NCBI GenBank assembly: GCA_965198025.1
Contig: OZ240237.1
Coordinates: 1,689,093 to 1,753,092 of the forward strand
DNA: 64,000 nt
Direction: 5' to 3'
Source: Terriglobia bacterium
GTDB lineage: Bacteria; Acidobacteriota; Terriglobia; 2-12-FULL-54-10
The notes below the pieces were generated by a model, which was not told the DNA's origin, did not search any database, and saw only the letters and a list, made by a program, of their open reading frames with translations. This document shows, in pieces, positions 57,692 to 64,000 of this stretch (the stretch's first letter is position 1; each line of letters begins with the position of its first letter). Made by a program: the position numbers and the translations under genes.

Positions 57692-59113
57692 ATTCGACAT
57701 TCCCGATCGAAGCGTAGAAAAATCCGTGAGATTGTAATTCTTGGTTCCCTGACCGCAGTTGCCGGCTGGCTTGTCTGGAGCGGAAGCAACGGAATCGATC
57801 TGGAGCGGGAAAGGACGGCTCATCCTCGCCTGGTTTCGATTCAGCCGCTGCCGGAGCTTGGTTCGGAAATGGCTGGCGCGATGTGCGAGTACATGCCCGC
57901 CAGCGCGACTCCCTCGCTGCTTCTGGCCCTGCAGGAATCGCAGGCGGCGCGGGAGCCATACCCAGGTGCTGCTGAGCAGGAAGCCGCCTCGAAGCGGCTC
58001 CCGATCCGGACCATGCGAGACCCCTACTCCTCTTTCAGCGCGGTGGCAGTGGACCCCACCAACGACGAAGTGGTCATGACCGACGAGAATCTGTTCAGCA
58101 TTCTCAGCTACAATCGCACAGACAACACGCCGCCTGCCGCTCGCATGACCGAGCCCAAGCGCATCATCCGCGGTGAGTCCACCAACATCGAGTTTCAATG
58201 CTCGCTCTATGTGGACCCGGTCAATGGCGACGTCTACGCCGCCAACAATGATACCCTTGGCAAGCTGGTCGTTTTCTCGCGGCAGGCCCGCGGCGACGTG
58301 GCCCCCGATCGTTCTATCAACACTCCCCACACCACTTTTGGCATTGCCGCGGATGAAAAGACCCAGGAGTTGATGCTGACGATCCAGGATGATGCTGCCG
58401 TGGTCACCTACGCCAAGACAGCCCAGGACGACGATCCGCCGATCCGGCTGCTGCAAGGCGAGAAGACCCTGCTCGCCGATCCGCATGGCATTACGATTGA
58501 CAAGAACAAAGACCTGCTCTACGTGTCGAACTGGGGCACGGTCAATATTCACCGTGCACCGCCGGATGGGGCCAAGGCCGGAACCCTCGGACGGGGCAAC
58601 GGGCATCCCAATTGGCCCATCGGCCGGAATTACACCATCCCGGGCTCCGGTGTGGCGAACCCGCCCTCCATCACGGTATATCCGCGAGATTCGCGCGGAG
58701 ATGTCGCTCCGCTGCGCGCCATCCAGGGTCCCAGGACGCAGTTGAACTGGCCCACGTCTCTCTCGGTAAACCCTGCCAACGGTGAGCTTTTTGTTGCTAA
58801 TGACACCGGGCACTCCGTCCTGGTCTTCGGCCCGGATGCCGACGGCGACGTCGCGCCAATCCGAGTCCTCAAGGGCCCCAGAACCTTGATCCAGAACCCC
58901 ACAAGTGTATTCTTCGACGAGAAAAACAACGAGCTATGGGTTGCCAATTTCGGCAACCACACGGCCACGGTCTATCGGCCGGACTCCTCTGGCGACACGC
59001 CGCCGCTTCGCGTGATCCGCAGTGCTCCGTTCGAAGCTCCTACTCCTATGCTCGGCAATCCGCACGTGGTCACCTACGACAGCCGCCGTGAAGAGATCAT
59101 GGTCGCCAACTGA
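57692..59113 (+). CDS. membrane-anchored YVTN-like beta-propeller repeat protein, paralog of 36802-38262, N-terminal part; ends at an in-frame TGA (track ORF starts at 57602; AGGAGG precedes GTG 57692)
   Basis: TM helix IVILGSLTAVAGWLVW; the same blade repeats and the conserved MCE(Y/W)xPASA segment; stops at TGA 59111-59113 after ...IMVAN. Confidence 0.7.
   Translation: MRHSRSKRRKIREIVILGSLTAVAGWLVWSGSNGIDLERERTAHPRLVSIQPLPELGSEMAGAMCEYMPASATPSLLLALQESQAAREPYPGAAEQEAASKRLPIRTMRDPYSSFSAVAVDPTNDEVVMTDENLFSILSYNRTDNTPPAARMTEPKRIIRGESTNIEFQCSLYVDPVNGDVYAANNDTLGKLVVFSRQARGDVAPDRSINTPHTTFGIAADEKTQELMLTIQDDAAVVTYAKTAQDDDPPIRLLQGEKTLLADPHGITIDKNKDLLYVSNWGTVNIHRAPPDGAKAGTLGRGNGHPNWPIGRNYTIPGSGVANPPSITVYPRDSRGDVAPLRAIQGPRTQLNWPTSLSVNPANGELFVANDTGHSVLVFGPDADGDVAPIRVLKGPRTLIQNPTSVFFDEKNNELWVANFGNHTATVYRPDSSGDTPPLRVIRSAPFEAPTPMLGNPHVVTYDSRREEIMVAN
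59111..59113 (+). other. in-frame UGA inside a propeller blade (second occurrence): candidate selenocysteine / readthrough codon
   Basis: aac tga gtg gct cac ccg cag att gcg; the downstream ORF continues in frame with no RBS and encodes the rest of the blade (VAHPQIAAF...). Confidence 0.4.
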
Positions 59114-59980
59114 GTGGCTCACCCGCAGATTGCGGCCTTCCCCAGGTTGGCGGAAGAAAACGCGAGAGCCACTCGGGCCATTGCCGGACAGCACACGCTC
59201 ATAACGCGCACCATTCACGACATGGCCTACGATCCGGTCCGTGATGAAATCGTCGTTCCCCAGTTCTACATGCAGGGCATACTCACCTTCCGGGGCGCTG
59301 CCAACGGGGATGAAGCGCCCATCCGCGTTATCAGCGGTCCTCGCACAGAGATTGCAAACCCGACTCGGATTGCCCTCGATCCCATCAATAACGAAATCTA
59401 TATCCCGATGAATCACCGCCTGCTGGTCTTCGATCGCTTTGCCGAGGGTAACGTAGCTCCCATTCGAACCATAGAAGGGCCGGATACGGAAATGTCCGCG
59501 GGCGTTGTCCAGGTGGACCCGGTGAACAATTTGGTCGTTGTTGGTGGATACAGCGTGGCCGGGGGTCGCGGAGATGCGGCGCAGATCGCCAGAGGACAGG
59601 TCCTCAGCGGAGACCGCAGCGGCCGGGGCGGCCAAATCCTCATCTTCGACCGGACTGCTGCCGGCAACGCCAGACCGTTGCGCATCATCCGCGGCCCCAA
59701 CTCGAAGCTCTCCCGCGTCGGGCTGATGGCCCTCTATCCACCCCGGCAGTTGATCGTCGCCAGCGTCCCGGCGGGCCAGACAACATCACCCGAAAATTTT
59801 GTCGGCGTATGGAGCGAGCTGGACGATGGCGATGTCCCGCCCCGCTGGTTGCTCGGCGGTCCGAACTCTGTTCTTCGTCAAGCCCGTGGCATCACGCTCG
59901 ACCCTGCGAACAAGAACGTGATCGTTTCGGACAAGTACGTCAATGCCGTGATGACATTTCACTTTCCGGAGATATTTTAG
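59114..59980 (+). CDS. beta-propeller repeat protein, C-terminal part; same frame as the upstream ORF; paralog of 38263-39069
   Basis: Homologous along its length to 38263-39069, including the C-terminus ...TFHFPEIF. Confidence 0.7.
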   Translation: MAHPQIAAFPRLAEENARATRAIAGQHTLITRTIHDMAYDPVRDEIVVPQFYMQGILTFRGAANGDEAPIRVISGPRTEIANPTRIALDPINNEIYIPMNHRLLVFDRFAEGNVAPIRTIEGPDTEMSAGVVQVDPVNNLVVVGGYSVAGGRGDAAQIARGQVLSGDRSGRGGQILIFDRTAAGNARPLRIIRGPNSKLSRVGLMALYPPRQLIVASVPAGQTTSPENFVGVWSELDDGDVPPRWLLGGPNSVLRQARGITLDPANKNVIVSDKYVNAVMTFHFPEIF

Positions 59981-60050
59981 CCAGTCCGGAAGGCGTGGAT
60001 AAGCTCTGTTTGCAACGCGACGGTAGCACAAGTCGCGAGAGGAGAAGAAG

Positions 60051-61703
60051 ATGTCCTTTTGTGGCGCCCCGCTGATATCTCGATGCATAACGGCGGGCCT
60101 CATTGCCTGTCTGCTGCCGGCAGCTGTTCTAGGGCAGACCGCAGGGGATTCCTGTGATGAATATCTACCGCCGTTACGAGACACCGAAGGAGGAAAGGTC
60201 GGACCTGAGTCCTGCCGGAAACTGGAAAGGAGTTTTCGACTCGACAGCCGGAACCTGCGGAGATTCGACATCGGGCTCAGCGGGACGACAGACGGGTTCG
60301 TGACTCGTGGCGGTGACTACAGTGAATACCTGAGCAGCGCGCCGGACCTCGTTTTTCCCCAGACATCGGACCTGAGCCGGCCGTTGCATGCTGTTGCGCG
60401 CTACGAACGGGAGAAGGGCGCTTCGATGACCGTCGTTTTCCCCGCCACCGCAGCGGACTGGAACGGAAAGATGTGGGTTACGGTCCACGGACGCGGCCGT
60501 TCGTTCACGAACGGAAACCTGAAGGCATGGGACAAGAATCTGGACCCGGCGGAGCCGGCAGCGGATTTGAACCAGTACGACAAAGTAATCTTGGGAAAAG
60601 GGTATGCGCTGGTAAAGACTCACCGTACCTCTGCCGAGGGGCTGGGAGAGATTCAGGCGACTTTGGAGAACGGACTGCAAGTAGATGATGTAGCGTTCAA
60701 CGATACGCATCATTACATCAAGGATTTTGCGACTGTGGCCGAAACGGTTCTGGCAAGTCAACTCGGTGAGGCGCCCCGGCGAACGTACTTCTATGGTCAT
60801 TCGGCAGGTGGCAGGATGGGACGAGGATTCAACTACACGCCGGGCCTCAATCGGGATGCGGAAGGCAAGCCCTTTTTCGATGGAATTCTTGTGGACGATT
60901 CCGCCGCGGGTACATGGCTTCCGGTAGTGATGGAGAACGGCGTGGACATCGCGTTGCAAAGCGATGAAGATCGGGCCGCATTCGTGCCGCAGATTGATGT
61001 AACTCACCAGATGTACAACAACATCTGGCGGCCGCAACGGGCCGAGTGGGTCTCCAACAGCTTTCTGGAAAACAAGCGGCGGAACGCTCGCATCTTGCGC
61101 GACAAGGGAATGACGTCGAAACATCGCATGTACGAAGTGCGGAGCATCAGCCACTCGGGCGGCGAATCGTTGCCCGACGGACGGTCCGGGGATCTCCAGA
61201 TTCTGGACCTGTCGCTGATGATGGGTCAATTCATTGACATGCTCGACAACTGGGTGGAAAAGGGCCAAGCCCCACCGCCGACGGGCTCGGATTGGGCTGA
61301 GCTGGGTGATGCCGACAGGGACGGGCAGGTTGAAAACCCGGGCATTTCATTTCCCGAAGTCGCGTGTCCTTTGGGAGTTTATTACGCTTTCCCGATGAGC
61401 AGGGGAGAAAACGGAATCGGCGTGACATCGTTCGCTCCGTTTAGCGGCGAGGGATTGGAACCACTGGATGGGCGAGAGGTTTTCGTGGATATGAACCGCA
61501 ACGGAGTCTGGGACCGCGTGGAAACTCCCAGCCAAGCCTGGCAAAGACTTGGACTGCTGGCAGACGGCGAGGAACTGACCAGGGACCGCTATGTCGCCTG
61601 CGTGGAAGACGCCACTGCCAGTCTTCGGCGCGATGGTTTCTTCAGCGAAGAGACTGGCAGTAAGTATATGGAGCGCGCTCAAACTGTTGATTTGTCCCCT
61701 TGA
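60051..61703 (+). CDS. secreted alpha/beta-hydrolase-like protein (GHSAG serine nucleophile motif)
   Basis: GGAG RBS; signal peptide; YFYGHSAGGRMGR nucleophile-elbow motif; 550 aa. Confidence 0.55.
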   Translation: MSFCGAPLISRCITAGLIACLLPAAVLGQTAGDSCDEYLPPLRDTEGGKVGPESCRKLERSFRLDSRNLRRFDIGLSGTTDGFVTRGGDYSEYLSSAPDLVFPQTSDLSRPLHAVARYEREKGASMTVVFPATAADWNGKMWVTVHGRGRSFTNGNLKAWDKNLDPAEPAADLNQYDKVILGKGYALVKTHRTSAEGLGEIQATLENGLQVDDVAFNDTHHYIKDFATVAETVLASQLGEAPRRTYFYGHSAGGRMGRGFNYTPGLNRDAEGKPFFDGILVDDSAAGTWLPVVMENGVDIALQSDEDRAAFVPQIDVTHQMYNNIWRPQRAEWVSNSFLENKRRNARILRDKGMTSKHRMYEVRSISHSGGESLPDGRSGDLQILDLSLMMGQFIDMLDNWVEKGQAPPPTGSDWAELGDADRDGQVENPGISFPEVACPLGVYYAFPMSRGENGIGVTSFAPFSGEGLEPLDGREVFVDMNRNGVWDRVETPSQAWQRLGLLADGEELTRDRYVACVEDATASLRRDGFFSEETGSKYMERAQTVDLSP

Positions 61704-61780
61704 GAGCTCTGTGTCGGTGATGCCGTGAATCGTTGTTTGAGGATGGCCGGAGTGCACTTCTGCAAAAGGGAGATGGACTT

Positions 61781-62788
61781 ATGAAGTGGTTTGTTCGATC
61801 GACGGTTTTTTGCGCGGTTCTTGTTGTGGCTGTTCCCGCTGCAACGGAAACCCACGAGTTAAACCTCACTCCCGGTAACGTCCATTGGGGTTATTACGAC
61901 GCGAGCATCCAACCTGTTTTGCACATCGCGTCCGGGGATACCGTTCGCATCGAAACACTGCCGGCGAGTGGTATAGCCCGATTAATCCAAGCCGGGGCTT
62001 CGGAGGAAGAGATTCCGAGCAACCTCCGGGAAGTGGACAATGCGATTACGGAGCGCGGACCGGGCGCGCATCCTCTTACAGGACCCATTTACGTCGACGG
62101 GGCGGAACCTGGAGACGTGCTGGAAGTGCGGATTCTCGGCTACGACTTTCTGCATCCTTTCGGCAGGGTAAGTTTCTCCGCGCGTGGCGGCACGTTGCCG
62201 GACGAATTTCCCTACGAGGGGATCCGCCTGATCCGTTTTGATCCCGCTTCCGGGACCGCGGAATTCGCCCCGGGAATCACACTGCGGCTGGCTCCCTTCT
62301 TTGGCTCGATCGGCGTCGCTCCGGCTCGAAGACGCATTTCGAGCAGCCCTCCCGGGCCGCACACCGGAAACATCGACAATAAGGATTTAGTGGCCGGATC
62401 TACGCTCTATTTGCCCGTCCATGTGCCGGGCGCCTTGCTGTCGATGGGAGACGGTCATGCGATGCAAGGTGACGGGGAAGTGACCGGCAGCGCATTGGAA
62501 ACTTCTCTCCGCGGCACGGTCCAGATTCACCTGCGCAAGGGACAGCGGCTGCGCTGGCCCCGTGCGGAGACACCGACTCATTTCATTGCAATGGGCTTGC
62601 ATCCTGATCTGGATGAGGCGGCTCGCATGGCCACGAGGGAAATGATCAACTTCCTGGTCACAGAAAAGGGCATGTCCCGTGATGAGGCCTATCTTTTGTG
62701 CTCACTTGCAGTGGATCTTCGTGTAACCCAGGTAGTGGACGGCACGAAAGGAATCCATGCAATGCTCCCCAAGTCGGTTTTCCAGTAG
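61781..62788 (+). CDS. acetamidase/formamidase (FmdA_AmdA) family protein, secreted
   Basis: Signal peptide MKWFVRSTVFCAVLVVAVPAA; FmdA_AmdA family blocks (LTGPIYVDGAEPGDVLEV, ...HTGNID..., ...MGDGHAMQGDGEV...). Confidence 0.8.
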   Translation: MKWFVRSTVFCAVLVVAVPAATETHELNLTPGNVHWGYYDASIQPVLHIASGDTVRIETLPASGIARLIQAGASEEEIPSNLREVDNAITERGPGAHPLTGPIYVDGAEPGDVLEVRILGYDFLHPFGRVSFSARGGTLPDEFPYEGIRLIRFDPASGTAEFAPGITLRLAPFFGSIGVAPARRRISSSPPGPHTGNIDNKDLVAGSTLYLPVHVPGALLSMGDGHAMQGDGEVTGSALETSLRGTVQIHLRKGQRLRWPRAETPTHFIAMGLHPDLDEAARMATREMINFLVTEKGMSRDEAYLLCSLAVDLRVTQVVDGTKGIHAMLPKSVFQ

Positions 62789-62838
62789 TGGAAGCCGCTG
62801 GAACCGTGAAACGATTGTTCCGTCCCGTATGGAGGTGA

Positions 62839-63288
62839 ATGATGAACAGAAGTCCTGCAGTGCTCATCCTGGCTCTATTGTTCGTTAGCGGAGCCTCCGC
62901 TCAGAAGCTGGAGTTTGCGAATCCGGAAGGGATATCTACTCCGGAGCGATACTCACACGTCGTGAAGGCGGGAAACATCATTTTTGTTTCCGGGCAGGTC
63001 GGCCGCGATTCCAACGGACAGATCGTGGGAGAGGGTATGCGGGAGCAATTCGACCAGACCTTGAAGAACGTGATCACGGCAATCCAATCCCAGGGAGCCG
63101 ATGTTGGCCATATCGCCAAGATTACGACCTACGTGACCGACATGGACGAGTATCAGAGCCCGGAAGTCCGGGCCATTCGCACCCGGCACTTTGGAAATCA
63201 CAAACCTGCGAGCACATCCGTCGAAGTTGTGGGGTTGGCGAATCCGGCCTACAAAGTGGAGGTCGAAGCCATCGCCATTCTGCCTTAG
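62839..63288 (+). CDS. RidA/YjgF/L-PSP family protein with signal peptide
   Basis: VKAGNIIFVSGQVGRD...ITTYVTDMDEY...VEVEAIA is the RidA family pattern; N-terminal signal MMNRSPAVLILALLFVSGASA. Confidence 0.85.
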   Translation: MMNRSPAVLILALLFVSGASAQKLEFANPEGISTPERYSHVVKAGNIIFVSGQVGRDSNGQIVGEGMREQFDQTLKNVITAIQSQGADVGHIAKITTYVTDMDEYQSPEVRAIRTRHFGNHKPASTSVEVVGLANPAYKVEVEAIAILP

Positions 63289-63289
63289 A

Positions 63290-63632
63290 TCATTTTCAGC
63301 ATTGCTGTATAGCCCCCAAGTAACGACAGGCCTCAAGTAGGGACAGGCCTCTGGCCTGTCCCCTTCGAGCACAGCCGACAGGCCGCCAGGTCTGTACTCG
63401 CAAGCCCAGGTGTTGCGGGTCCGCAATCCAAGTCCCGGAGGTGGTTTTTAGGCCACAGCGTGCCGGACTGGTTCCCTTTGCCGCCGGCCCCACCCATGCA
63501 TCCCCCGCAAGGCCCGAAAACACCCCTTTTTTAGTGTTTTTATAGTGAATTTGGTATTCCGAAGGAACGGAAGGAACCGCAAGAACCGAATCTGCCGCAG
63601 GAACCGAAAAACGCCGGAAACGGCGTTTTTTC
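63290..63632 (-). repeat. composite dispersed intergenic element, copy B (inverted relative to 5950-6296), including the terminator hairpin aaaaacgccggaaacggcgttttt
   Basis: The reverse complement is nearly identical to 5950-6140 and shares the end motif gggctatacagcaa.gctgaaaatg; its middle contains gacaggccagaggcctgtcc-ctactt hairpins of the REP-like family. Confidence 0.6.
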
Positions 63633-63865
63633 TATACCAACCCTGAAAATGGGGTAGCCCGCGCTGAACGTCTGCTCTCAGCAAGCCTGCATCAACTTCA
63701 TCTCTTCCTCACCATCGAAACATGAGTAGTCGGCGTTCGATGCGGCCGTTCAACGAATGATCGGCTCGTAGCAGGATTCGTATGTGTTCTGGGGGAATGG
63801 ATGGTGTGCCCCGCGAAAGCCCTCTGATGAGGACCTTCGCGGGGGGTGATTGCAAATTACGCTGA

Positions 63866-64000
63866 TTAGAAGATGAACTTCAGGCCGAACTGGATCTGAC
63901 GAGCATCGGTCGCGGTTTCCCGAATTTCGCCAGCTTGCTCGTTCGGTCTTCCGTCGTCCAAGAAAAGAGCATCGGTGTCCGGCACTCCGAAGTTGGCCCG
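63866..64000 (-). CDS. 3' end (C-terminus) of another TonB-dependent receptor-like gene; partial, continues beyond the window
   Basis: The reverse strand encodes ...QIQFGLKFIF-stop; its nucleotides are nearly identical to the 3' end of the 39152 gene (gaacttcaggccgaactggatctg). Confidence 0.55.
   Translation of the reverse strand, partial: RANFGVPDTDALFLDDGRPNEQAGEIRETATDARQIQFGLKFIF

Noticed and set aside
1-64000. CRISPR arrays, tRNA, rRNA, tmRNA
   Set aside because: No regularly spaced direct repeats with unique spacers, and no cloverleaf-like or rRNA-like segments were found in the intergenic regions inspected (13200-13500, 17240-17720, 20700-21000, 24454-24752, 45593-45832, 51317-51648).

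Overview
This is a high-GC (~60%) chromosomal window with Acidobacteria-like content: several 1000-1200 aa CarboxypepD_reg/plug-type TonB-dependent receptors, a DUF1592/DUF1552 gene pair, an ankyrin repeat protein and many secreted lipoproteins. Core genes are clear: rpe (5' end truncated by the window), a BamD-like lipoprotein, a CheY-like response regulator with an acidic repeat tail, recG, tilS-ftsH-folP, an H+-pyrophosphatase, and a tightly coupled lpd-lipB-E2 operon. Also present are two tandem SMP-30/gluconolactonase lipoproteins, a UbiD / HpaB-like / cupin cluster, an amidase, an OCD/mu-crystallin gene, a formamidase and a RidA gene. A repeat-rich accessory stretch (~32.7-36.8 kb) carries hairpin-rich dispersed repeats, a small-protein/retropepsin-like pair and a DinJ-YafQ toxin-antitoxin pair. 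An IS3-family transposase remnant sits at ~43.1-43.5 kb. The most unusual observation is a duplicated membrane-anchored YVTN-like beta-propeller gene (36802-39069 and ~57692-59980). In both copies the reading frame is interrupted by a single in-frame TGA followed directly by GTG, at the same position inside a propeller blade. This argues for one ~750-790 aa protein translated through UGA, making it a candidate selenoprotein (or programmed readthrough) rather than two genes. No CRISPR arrays, rRNA or tRNA genes were recognised. Read-back of the dinJ region suggested the printed sequence may be 1 nt out of register there, so refined starts are expressed as multiples of 3 from ORF-track coordinates and exact nucleotide positions may be off by 1.
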